From assembly GCA_021299555.1 (NCBI GenBank), contig JAJTGH010000033.1, positions 1 to 63,538 on the forward strand: a stretch of 63,538 nucleotides of DNA, written 5' to 3'. The position numbers and the translations under genes were made by a program. A model generated the notes under the pieces. That model saw only the letters and a program-made list of their open reading frames with translations, had not been told where the DNA came from and did not search any database. Below, piece after piece: positions 19,867-28,763 of this stretch. The DNA comes from Comamonadaceae bacterium. GTDB lineage: Bacteria > Pseudomonadota > Gammaproteobacteria > Burkholderiales > Burkholderiaceae_C. Position 1 is the first letter of the stretch, and every line of letters begins with the position of its first letter.

Positions 19867-20772
19867 ATGAGAGCCTTTCACCAAGTCGACGTCTTCACCG
19901 ACCAGCCCTACCTTGGCAATGCGCTGGCGGTTGTGATGGACGGCAGCGGCCTGAGCCAGGCACAGATGCAGCAATTTGCACGTTGGACGAATCTGTCGGA
20001 AACCACCTTCTTGCTGCCAGCGACCAACCCCGCTGCCGACTACCAGGTGCGCATCTTCACCCCGGGCGGCGAGTTGCCCTTTGCTGGCCACCCCACTTTG
20101 GGCAGTTGCCACGCCTGGCTGCAATCCGGTGGTCAACCGCAAGGCCAAGAGGTGGTGCAGCAATGTGCGGTGGGTCTGGTGCGGATTCGGCGCGATGGCC
20201 CGCGCCTGGCTTTTGCGGCACCCCCTTGCCAGCGCAGCGATATTGCGACGGGCTTGATGGCAGACATCGAGCAGGCCCTGGGGCTGCAGTCAACACAGGT
20301 GCTGGCGGCTCAACAGCTGGACAACGGGCCGCTGTGGTACGGCTTGCTGCTCGACGGGCCGCAGACCGTGCTGCAATTGCAGCCCGATCACGCGCGTTTG
20401 CGGGAGTTGGGCACCAAGGTCGGTGTGGCGGGCATCTACCCCCGCGAGGGCGCCGACACGCTGATCGCCCGTTCCAACCGGGAGGCGAGAGCCAGCCGCA
20501 GCCAGGGGGCGGCGCCGCTTGGGCAGGCCGACCTCGAAGTGCGCGGCTTTGCCGCGCCGGTGGGCGTGCAGGAAGACCCGGTCACTGGCAGCTTGAACGC
20601 CAGCCTGGCGCAGTGGCTGATGGCCGAAGGCCGGATGCCCGAGCGCTATCTGGCCAGCCAGGGAGCCTGCATGGGACGGGCCGGCCAGGTGCATCTTGAA
20701 CGCGACGCCAGCGGACAGGTCTGGGTCGGTGGTCAGAGCGTGCTTTGCATCAGCGGCCAGGTTCTGCTTTGA
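19867..20772 (+). CDS. PhzF family isomerase/epimerase
   Basis: QVDVFT, GNALAVV, NLSETTF, RIFTPGGELPFAGHPTLG, EDPVTGS. Confidence 0.92.
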   Translation: MRAFHQVDVFTDQPYLGNALAVVMDGSGLSQAQMQQFARWTNLSETTFLLPATNPAADYQVRIFTPGGELPFAGHPTLGSCHAWLQSGGQPQGQEVVQQCAVGLVRIRRDGPRLAFAAPPCQRSDIATGLMADIEQALGLQSTQVLAAQQLDNGPLWYGLLLDGPQTVLQLQPDHARLRELGTKVGVAGIYPREGADTLIARSNREARASRSQGAAPLGQADLEVRGFAAPVGVQEDPVTGSLNASLAQWLMAEGRMPERYLASQGACMGRAGQVHLERDASGQVWVGGQSVLCISGQVLL

Positions 20773-20860
20773 AGACCGCTTTCGCGACCGCTTGAAGTCA
20801 AGCCCGCAGGCGTCACTGCGGCGACGCGGCTGCGGCCAGCGCCTGACCGAAAATCAGGCC

Positions 20861-21315
20861 ATGGGAACCCTCTACCTCGTGCGCCACGGCCAGGCCTCGT
20901 TTGGCGCCGACAACTACGATGTGCTAAGCCCGTTGGGACATCGTCAGGCCGAGCGTCTGGGCCAGTATCTGAAAGAGCGCGGCATTGATTTTGAAGCTGC
21001 CATCACCGGAACACTGCAGCGTCAGCGCCAGACGCACGCCGGCATTTGCCGGGGCCTGGGCCGGGACGTGCCCGCGCTGGAGCTGCCTGCCCTCAACGAA
21101 TACGACAGCCATGCACTGATCGAGGCGATGCACCCGCAAACCCTGAGCAAGCCCGATACGCCAGAGCTCTATCGCCAGCACTTTCGGCTGCTGCGCCAGT
21201 CGCTGCAAGCCTGGATCGCAGGTCAGATCGCCCCGCGCGGCATGCCCAGCTACGGCCAGTGGTGCCAGGGCATCGAGGCAGCGCTCGACCCGCCGACTGG
21301 GTGACCTACACCTGA
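20861..21315 (+). pseudogene. Histidine phosphatase family protein with internal deletion and frameshift near 21290
   Basis: LYLVRHGQASFG, LNEYD; breaks at AALD|; family-like terminus ADWVTYT* lies in another frame; the SSGG/IRN segment is absent. Confidence 0.8.
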
Positions 21316-21349
21316 GGCCGGCGCAGTCCACCGGATCGGGGGTGCACTG

Positions 21350-22153
21350 TCAAGCCAGCAGCGGCGGCAACTCACACGCCTGGGTCAGCAACAGCGCCAG
21401 CGCGCGGCCCGAGGCCTGGAGCACCGCGCGGCCTTTCTCGGCGGTGGCGGCGGCCGCATTTCCAGCGGCGCCCATCGCGTTGAGGTCCTCTATGGCCCAG
21501 GCCAGCTTGGCACTCTGACCATCACCGAGCAAGGCGTAACGCTGGGCCCGCTGCTGGCTGGTCGACGCAAAATTTTGTGCCAGCGCCATGTCCACCCGAT
21601 CGGGGTGCAGGGCCAGCATCATGGAGGTCTCGATGTCACCACCGTGTGCGCCGAAGCGGTGCTCTTCGGGCGGGAACAGGGCCTGCACGTCCTCGGTCAG
21701 CTTGAGGCTGAAGGTGTTCACCATCAGCACCGTCAGGCCCTGACGGGCGCGCAGCTCGCGGCCCACGATGTCCATGGTCGAGACGTTGCCGCCGTGCGAA
21801 TTGAGCAGCACCAGCTTCTTGACCCCAGCGCGCGCCACACCAGCGCCGATCTGCACCCAGCTCTGGATCAGTGCATGACTTTCGAGCGTGAGCGTGCCGG
21901 CGAAAGATTCGTGCTCGATGCTACGGCCCACCGTCTGAAGGGGCAGCAGCAGCACAGACGCGTCATCGGCCAGATGCTCCAGCGCATGCGCCAATACGCC
22001 TTCAAGCAAATCGCAATCGACGCTCAGCGGCAGGTGCGGGCCATGCTGTTCGGTGGCCGCAAGCGGCAAAACGGCCACCGTGCGATTTGGATCGAGGCGG
22101 GCGAAGTCAGCGCTTTTGAGGTGGGCCCAATGGCGGGGCAAGGGATGGGACAT
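21350..22153 (-). CDS. Creatininase family amidohydrolase
   Basis: ATEQHGPHLPLSVD, SIEH, NSHGGN, HGGDIETS. Confidence 0.9.
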   Translation of the reverse strand: MSHPLPRHWAHLKSADFARLDPNRTVAVLPLAATEQHGPHLPLSVDCDLLEGVLAHALEHLADDASVLLLPLQTVGRSIEHESFAGTLTLESHALIQSWVQIGAGVARAGVKKLVLLNSHGGNVSTMDIVGRELRARQGLTVLMVNTFSLKLTEDVQALFPPEEHRFGAHGGDIETSMMLALHPDRVDMALAQNFASTSQQRAQRYALLGDGQSAKLAWAIEDLNAMGAAGNAAAATAEKGRAVLQASGRALALLLTQACELPPLLA

Positions 22154-22255
22154 GGCACGCGGATTTGGCTCTAGAGACCTCCAGATTACAGCACGCTGAC
22201 CCGGGCAGCGGCGTCAGGCCCAGATGGGGCGCGCCAGAAGTCAGTTCATGTGCGC

Positions 22256-23896
22256 TCAGGACGCTGCCGCGGCTTTTTCAATGGCCTGACGCAAAGCCTG
22301 CGCCTGCTGGCTGTGGCGGGTCTGCCGCTGGGCGCGTACTGCGCCCTGAGCCTGGGCGACGATGCTGTGTTGCAAGCGCTGAGCCAGACAGCGCGGCTTG
22401 CCGCGTGCGCCGCTGGCCTGGTAGTCGGCCAACAGGGCATCGGTCACGGCCTGCACCTGCAAGCCGCGCTCCTGGGTCAGATGCTCAAAAAACAGGTCGA
22501 CCAGGGCCTCGTGGGCAAACTCGTGCGTCTTGCCGGTGCGCTGCCAGAGCCAGTCGCTGAACTGCAAAAAAGCTGCAAACGCAGACGGGCCGGACAGCAG
22601 ATGCTGCATGCTGCGCACAAAACGCCCCGAGTTGGCCAGCAGGTCCCAGTAGCGGGCCAGCCGCTGCACGCGCTGCACGGTGGCAAAGTCCAGGTCAGCG
22701 CTTTGCAACAGGGCATAGGGCGGCTGCGGGTCGTAGACCATGCGGTGCTCCTGGGTGTGGCGGGCGATCGGCGCGCCGCGCAGGCGCTTGAGGATGCCCA
22801 GCTGAATCTCGTGAGGGCCCAGGGCGTGAAGCCGGTCAAAGCCAGCGGCAAAGCTCTCTAAGGTTTCACCGGGCAGGCCGAAGATCAGGTCGGCATGCAC
22901 GTGGGCTCGGCTCTGGGTGAGCAGCCATCGCAGATTTTCCGCCGTGCGCTCGTTGTCCTGACGGCGCGATATACGCTGCTGCACCTCGGGGTTGAAGCTC
23001 TGTATGCCCACCTCAAACTGCAAAGAACCCTCTGGGAACTGGGCAATCAGCCGCTTGAGCCGTTCGGGCAGGTTGTCGGGCACCACTTCAAAGTGCACAA
23101 AGACATCGCTGCGCCCGGGCAAGTGGCCCTCGGCGCTGCGCATCCGGTCAAGAAAGAATTGCAAGATCGCACTGGCATGCTCGATGCGCAGATTGAAGGT
23201 GCGATCGACAAACTTGAAGTGCCGCGCCCCCCGATCGAACAAGTGGCCAAGCTCGACCATGAAGCGCTCGAGTTCAAAAGGCCAGGCGGTTTTGTCCAGC
23301 GCACTGAGACAAAACTCGCACTTGAACGGACACCCGCGCGAGGCCTCCACATAGAGCAGGCGCTCCTTGAGATCCTGGTCGCTGTATTGGGCGTAGGGCA
23401 AAGCCAAATCCTCAAGCGGCGGCTGCTCGCCCGCAATGACTTTCATCAAGGGTGGCGGGCCATCGAGCAAGGCCCGGCACAGGCGCGCAAAACTCACATC
23501 GCCCCAACCGGTGACCACATGGTCGGCCAGGCGGCAAATTTCTTGTTGATCGACCTCGTGGCTGACCTCGGGCCCGCCCAGCACGATGCGAATCTCGGGC
23601 GCCAGGGCCTTGAGCAGGCGCACCAGTTGCAAGCTGGGCTCCGCATTCCAGATGTACACCCCCAACCCGATGACCTTGGGGCGCAGCACCAGCAACTGCT
23701 CGACCATTTGCATCGGCTTTTGCACCAAGGTGAATTCGCGCAGCACCGTCTGCTCGCGCAGCCCCGGCCGGCCGTGGCGATCGAGATTGGCCAGCAGGCA
23801 GCGCAAGCCCAGCGAGGCATGGATGTACTTCGCGTTGATCGTGGCCAGGACGATGCGCACGCTTGAACCAGCGGCATCGGGGGAGGTGGAAGGCAT
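22256..23896 (-). CDS. B12-binding-domain radical SAM protein (DUF4080-type C-terminus)
   Basis: INAKYIHASLG, GVYIWN, GGPEVS, EASRGCPFKCEFC, FKFVDRTFN, HADLIFGLPGE. Confidence 0.88.
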   Translation of the reverse strand: MPSTSPDAAGSSVRIVLATINAKYIHASLGLRCLLANLDRHGRPGLREQTVLREFTLVQKPMQMVEQLLVLRPKVIGLGVYIWNAEPSLQLVRLLKALAPEIRIVLGGPEVSHEVDQQEICRLADHVVTGWGDVSFARLCRALLDGPPPLMKVIAGEQPPLEDLALPYAQYSDQDLKERLLYVEASRGCPFKCEFCLSALDKTAWPFELERFMVELGHLFDRGARHFKFVDRTFNLRIEHASAILQFFLDRMRSAEGHLPGRSDVFVHFEVVPDNLPERLKRLIAQFPEGSLQFEVGIQSFNPEVQQRISRRQDNERTAENLRWLLTQSRAHVHADLIFGLPGETLESFAAGFDRLHALGPHEIQLGILKRLRGAPIARHTQEHRMVYDPQPPYALLQSADLDFATVQRVQRLARYWDLLANSGRFVRSMQHLLSGPSAFAAFLQFSDWLWQRTGKTHEFAHEALVDLFFEHLTQERGLQVQAVTDALLADYQASGARGKPRCLAQRLQHSIVAQAQGAVRAQRQTRHSQQAQALRQAIEKAAAAS

Positions 23897-23975
23897 GGAC
23901 GGATTATCCAGATCGGCTGAAAATCGGCCGCAAACCACCGACAATAAGGGCAACGACAAACGGTCACCCTGAACC

Positions 23976-24545
23976 ATGAACACCTTACGCCGTCCAATGC
24001 TGCCCAAGACCTGCATGGCGCTGAGCGCGGGCCTGATCGCGGGCCTGGCTGCTCTGTCCGCCCCTGTGCTGGCGCAAGGCAGCGGCGAAGTGGCGCCCTG
24101 GGCCCGTCTGCACGGCTCGAGCAGCGCCGGCCTGAGCCAGTACCAAGAGCCGAGCATCGGCATGAAGCTCAAGGGGCCTGAGCTCGGCGTTCACCTGCGG
24201 CTGAGCGATCTGCGCGGCCTGCCGCGGTTGCAGCTGGAGGCCGATCTATCGATCGGGCCCCAGGACTACAGCAGCAGCAATGGCAAGCTCAATGACCGCA
24301 GTGCGCTCGACACCCGCTGGCGCGCGATCTATCAGCTCTGGCCTGAGGGGTCAGCCCAGGGTCTGTATGCCGGTCTGGCCTACCAGACCAGCTACAGCGA
24401 CCTGCGCGGCTCGGTGCGGCCAGGCATCGCTGGCTACGAACGCCTGAACCGCTCGACCTGGCTGGCCGCCCAGTGGCGCCAAAGCGTGAAATTCGATGCC
24501 TTGCCCCGGTTGCAGGGCTTGCAGGTGGACCTGGGCCACATGCCA
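23976..24545 (+). pseudogene. Truncated secreted/outer-membrane beta-barrel-like protein, in frame with downstream dsbD-like gene
   Basis: Signal peptide then YQEP..MKLKG, DYSS, YAGLAY..SDLRG..GYER alternating beta-strand pattern; ends abruptly at short tandem duplications. Confidence 0.55.
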
Positions 24546-24575
24546 CATGGCCGCCCAACTGATGCCGCGTCTGTG

Positions 24576-26717
24576 ATGCCGCGTCTGCCGATCGCTGTTC
24601 GCGCCCTAGCGGCTGCGCTGCTGCTGGGCGCGCAAGGTGTGCTCGCCCAAGGCCTGGCCGGCGTGCTCAGCGGCGGCAAGCCCAGCGCGGTGGTGGTCAC
24701 GGAGCAGGTCAGGGCCGAGTTGCTGGCGCATGCGCCCCAAGGGCTTGGTGCGGGACGCACGGTCTGGCTGGGCCTGCAAATCAAGCACCAGCCCGATTGG
24801 CACACCTACTGGAAAAATCCGGGCGACTCGGGCCTGCCCACCACACTCAAATGGACGCTGCCCAGCGGGGTGCAGGCGGGAGAAATCGCCTGGCCCACGC
24901 CCAAGAAATTCCCCCTGGGCGAGCTGGCCAATTACGGTTACGAAGGCACCGTGCTGCTGCCTGTGCCGCTGGAAATCGGTTCGCAATTTGCCGGTGAGCA
25001 GCTGCAAGTCAAGCTGCAAGCGAGCTGGCTGGTGTGCAGACGCGAATGTATTCCTCAAGAGGGACAGTTCGCACTGACGCTGCCGGTGCGCGGATCCCTG
25101 GCCCTGCATCAAGCCGCCTTTGAGTCGGCCTGGGCGGCCCAACCCCAGCCGCTGGCTGGCGGCCTGATCGAGGTGCGGGATCAGCGCCTGCATCTGCAAT
25201 TGGACAAACTGCCCCCAGCGGTTCGCGGCCGGCGGCTCGAGCTGTTCGCTGAAACGGCCGGCATCATTGAAACTGCGGCCCCTTGGCAGCAGTCGTGGCA
25301 GGGTTCGGTATGGAGCGCCCAAGTGCCGCTGTCCAAAATGCGCAGCGAAGGTCCAGCCCGCCTGCCAGTGGTGGTGGCATTGACCCCGAGCCAGGCCTGG
25401 CGCGTCGACGCGCCGGTCTCGGGCACGTGGCCCGCGCCGGTCGCACTGACACCGGTGCCCGCTACGCTGGATGCCGCTCTGAAAGCGGCGCAGGCTCAGG
25501 CCACCGACAACAGCAGCACCGGCTGGCTGGCCGCACTGGCCGGCGCACTGATCGGCGGTCTGATCCTCAACCTCATGCCCTGCGTGTTTCCAGTGCTCGC
25601 CATCAAGGTGCTGGGCTTCTCGAAAGCGCCTGATCGCTGGGCGCGGCTGCAAGCCGGTCTGGCCTATACCGCTGGCGTGCTGGTCTCATTTGTGGCGCTC
25701 GGTGCGCTGCTGCTGAGCCTGCGCGCGGCTGGAGAGCAGCTGGGCTGGGGCTTTCAATTGCAAAACCCGGCCGTGGTGGCGGCCCTGGCCACACTGTTTA
25801 CTCTGCTGGGCCTGAATCTGGCGGGTCTGTTTGATTTTTCCCAGGTCGCGCCCGGCAGGCTGGCCGCCTTGCAATTGCGCCATCCGGCGGCCGATGCAGC
25901 CCTGTCGGGCGTGCTGGCTGTGGCCATCGCCTCGCCCTGCACCGCGCCCTTCATGGGTGCCTCGCTCGGTGCGGCGCTGAGTCTGCCGGCCTGGCAAGGA
26001 CTGAGCATTTTTGGTCTTCTGGGCCTGGGCATGGCCCTGCCCTATCTGCTGATCAGCGCCGTGCCGGCTCTGGGCCGGGCCCTGCCCAGGCCCGGCCCCT
26101 GGATGCTGCGCTTCAAGCAATTCATGGCCTTCCCCATGCTGGCCACCGTGATCTGGCTGCTGTGGGTGCTGGGCCAGCAAAGCGGGATTGACGGCGCCGC
26201 AGCGCTGCTGGTGATCCTGCTGCTTTTGGCCCTGTGGCTCTGGAGCCTGGGCCTGTCACCTGGGCGCAGCCGATTCGCGGGGATCGGTTTGGCACTGCTG
26301 GCCCTGGTCTGGGGCCTTTGGTGGGCTGGTCCGCTGGTGGTGCGCAGTCAGCCGCCGCTGGCTGCAGTGGCCAAAGAAGGCCCCTGGCAGCCCTGGCAAG
26401 CCGGGTTGGTCGAGCAACTGAATGCACAGGGTCGACCCGTGCTGGTCGATTTCACCGCGGCCTGGTGCATCACCTGCCAGTACAACAAGCAAACCGTGCT
26501 CGGGGATCCGGCGGTTCTGGCTGAGGCCCAAAAGCGCAAGGTTGCTCTGCTGCGCGCCGACTGGACGCGGCGCGACCCTGACATCACGGCTGCACTGGGG
26601 GCCCTGGGCCGCTCGGGCGTGCCGGCTTATGTCGTCTACGCGCCGGGTCGAGCGCCGGTGCTGCTTTCAGAAATTTTGAGCGTAAAAGAGTTGCAGGAAA
26701 CCCTGTCCCGGCTGTAA
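24576..26717 (+). CDS. dsbD: Protein-disulfide reductase DsbD/ScsB-like (DsbD_N, TM, thioredoxin)
   Basis: Second signal peptide MPRLPIAVRALAAALLLGAQG; WHTYWKNPGDSG, WLVCRRECIP, LNLMPCVFPVL, ASPCTAPFMG, FTAAWCITCQYN. Confidence 0.88.
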   Translation: MPRLPIAVRALAAALLLGAQGVLAQGLAGVLSGGKPSAVVVTEQVRAELLAHAPQGLGAGRTVWLGLQIKHQPDWHTYWKNPGDSGLPTTLKWTLPSGVQAGEIAWPTPKKFPLGELANYGYEGTVLLPVPLEIGSQFAGEQLQVKLQASWLVCRRECIPQEGQFALTLPVRGSLALHQAAFESAWAAQPQPLAGGLIEVRDQRLHLQLDKLPPAVRGRRLELFAETAGIIETAAPWQQSWQGSVWSAQVPLSKMRSEGPARLPVVVALTPSQAWRVDAPVSGTWPAPVALTPVPATLDAALKAAQAQATDNSSTGWLAALAGALIGGLILNLMPCVFPVLAIKVLGFSKAPDRWARLQAGLAYTAGVLVSFVALGALLLSLRAAGEQLGWGFQLQNPAVVAALATLFTLLGLNLAGLFDFSQVAPGRLAALQLRHPAADAALSGVLAVAIASPCTAPFMGASLGAALSLPAWQGLSIFGLLGLGMALPYLLISAVPALGRALPRPGPWMLRFKQFMAFPMLATVIWLLWVLGQQSGIDGAAALLVILLLLALWLWSLGLSPGRSRFAGIGLALLALVWGLWWAGPLVVRSQPPLAAVAKEGPWQPWQAGLVEQLNAQGRPVLVDFTAAWCITCQYNKQTVLGDPAVLAEAQKRKVALLRADWTRRDPDITAALGALGRSGVPAYVVYAPGRAPVLLSEILSVKELQETLSRL

Positions 26718-26799
26718 AAACGGGGGGTGGGGCCGCCAAGAGCCCCAGGACAAGATTCACAGAGGCAGCAGGCGCGAGGCAGCGCCCAAGGAGACACCC

Positions 26800-27252
26800 A
26801 TGCCCAACACGAGAAAGCCCGGCTCGACGGCCGAGCGCGTCAGCTGGGTGCTGACGCACTGTCAGACCATTGCTGTGGTCGGACTCTCACCCAAGCCGCA
26901 CCGGGCCAGCTTTGATGTGGCCCAGTACATGCAGTCGCGCGGCTACCGCATCATCCCGATCAATCCCAACGCCAGCGAGGTGCTCGGAGAGAAGGCCTAC
27001 CCCAGCCTGACCGAGGCCGCACAGCACGAGCGGATCGACCTGGTCAATTGCTTTCGCAACAGCGAAGACATTGCGCCCATCGTTGACGAGGCGCTGAGCA
27101 TCGGCGCGCTCGCCCTGTGGCTGCAAATGGGCATCCGCGATGACCCGTCGGTCCACAAGTCCGCGCAAGCGGGCATGGTCGCCTTGCAAGACCGCTGCCT
27201 GAAAATTGACCACAAGGCTGTGGCCGGTGGCAGCCGCATGGTGGCCGCTTGA
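26800..27252 (+). CDS. CoA-binding protein (YccU-like)
   Basis: TIAVVGLSPKPHRAS, YRIIPINP, DLVNCFR, LWLQMG, DRCLKI. Confidence 0.9.
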   Translation: MPNTRKPGSTAERVSWVLTHCQTIAVVGLSPKPHRASFDVAQYMQSRGYRIIPINPNASEVLGEKAYPSLTEAAQHERIDLVNCFRNSEDIAPIVDEALSIGALALWLQMGIRDDPSVHKSAQAGMVALQDRCLKIDHKAVAGGSRMVAA

Positions 27253-27337
27253 GCCAAGGTGCCTGAAGTCAGACTGGGCGCATCAGGGCCAGTCCCAAGT
27301 ATGCAGTGGGTCAAGCCTGAGACAATAGATCCGGCTG

Positions 27338-28369
27338 ATGCGCCAAGCCGGTCGCTACCTGCCCGAGTACTGCGCCACCCGCGCCAAGGCCGGCAGCTTC
27401 ATGGGACTGGCCACCAACGTGGACTACGCCACCGAGGTCACCTTGCAGCCGCTCGAGCGCTACCCGCTGGACGCGGCGATATTGTTCTCCGACATCCTGA
27501 CCGTCCCTGACGCCATGGGCCTGGGCCTGTCTTTCGCTCAAGGCGAAGGCCCCAGGTTTGAAAAAGTGGTGCGCGACGACGCCGCCGTGGCCCAACTCGC
27601 CGTGCCCGACATGCACAAGCTGCAATACGTGTTCGACGCGGTCACCAGCATCCGCAAAGCCCTGAACGGCCGCGTGCCGCTGATCGGTTTTTCCGGCAGC
27701 CCCTGGACGCTGGCTTGCTACATGGTTGAGGGCGGTGGCTCGGACGACTACCGTTTGGTCAAAAGTCTGATGTATTCGCGCCCCGACCTGATGCACCGCA
27801 TCTTGGCGATCAATGCCGACGCGGTGGCTCTTTACCTCAACACGCAAATCGAGGCCGGTGCACAAGCGGTGATGGTGTTTGACAGCTGGGGCGGTGTGCT
27901 CGCCGACGGCGCGTTCCAAGAATTCAGCTTGGCCTACACCCGCCGGGTGCTGGCTCAGCTCAAGCGCAACCAGGACGGCGCGGTGATCCCGCGCATTGTG
28001 TTCACCAAAGGCGGCGGCCTGTGGCTGCCCGAGATGGCCGATCTTGACTGCGAGGTGCTGGGGCTGGACTGGACGGCCAACTTGGGCAAAGCCCGAGCCC
28101 AGGTCGGCGGTGCGGCCGGCGGCCCGGGCAAGGCGCTCCAGGGCAACATCGACCCGAACGTCCTGTTTGCCCCGCCACAGGCCATTGCCGCGCAGGTGCG
28201 GCATGTGCTCGAGAGCTTTGGCAAGCCCCACACCGACCCGGGCACCCGCGGCCCGACCCACATCTTCAACCTTGGCCACGGCATCAGCCAATTCACCCCG
28301 CCCGAGCATGTGAGCGCCTTGGTCGAAGCGGTGCACAGCCATTCGAGGGCCATGCGCAAGGCCAGTTGA
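27338..28369 (+). CDS. hemE: Uroporphyrinogen decarboxylase, N-terminus apparently missing
   Basis: [57 protein letters not shown]; the usual roughly 25 residues before MRQAGR are absent. Confidence 0.93.
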   Translation: MRQAGRYLPEYCATRAKAGSFMGLATNVDYATEVTLQPLERYPLDAAILFSDILTVPDAMGLGLSFAQGEGPRFEKVVRDDAAVAQLAVPDMHKLQYVFDAVTSIRKALNGRVPLIGFSGSPWTLACYMVEGGGSDDYRLVKSLMYSRPDLMHRILAINADAVALYLNTQIEAGAQAVMVFDSWGGVLADGAFQEFSLAYTRRVLAQLKRNQDGAVIPRIVFTKGGGLWLPEMADLDCEVLGLDWTANLGKARAQVGGAAGGPGKALQGNIDPNVLFAPPQAIAAQVRHVLESFGKPHTDPGTRGPTHIFNLGHGISQFTPPEHVSALVEAVHSHSRAMRKAS

Positions 28370-28479
28370 AGCCGGGCCATGGCAATGCTTTTGCTGGGCC
28401 GGCCAAGGGCCCTCCGGGCACTGGCTGCACAACATCGAAGGTCACGCATATAGCATGAAAGCAGGTCGGCGGGGGCGAC

Positions 28480-28720
28480 TTATGCACAAAATTCGTGCTG
28501 CGGTGCGACAAAGTGTTCATCCTGCGCGCGGCCTCGCTATAAAAGCCATAGCATTGCCAAGTACTTGATTTTTAAGGAAATTACAGATCTGCCGTTTTTA
28601 CGGGCATTCCAGACAAGGCCTTGATTTACAAGGCTTGCAGCATGACCGGGGTGAACTATCAACAAAGTTATCCACAGGAATGCTGGACAACGACAAAGCT
28701 CGCATGAAATCAAGCACTTA
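28480..28720. promoter_or_regulatory. Cluster of DnaA boxes and IHF consensus sites
   Basis: TTATGCACA 28480-88, CTATCAACA 28656-64, TTATCCACA 28668-76; WATCAANNNNTTR at 28558-70(-), 28614-26(-), 28708-20(+). Confidence 0.7.
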
Positions 28721-28763
28721 GCAGATTGTGCGAAGGTGAAACGGGAAAAAACTCATCCAAATC

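Noticed and set aside
22256-24172. 638-aa radical SAM with long N-terminal extension
   Set aside because: The extension overlaps the divergent gene; the domain starts near 23896.
28370-28763. Calling this region oriC outright
   Set aside because: Few perfect boxes, no clear DUE repeats, no dnaA/gidA nearby, and rrn orientation points toward it; kept only as a DnaA/IHF element.
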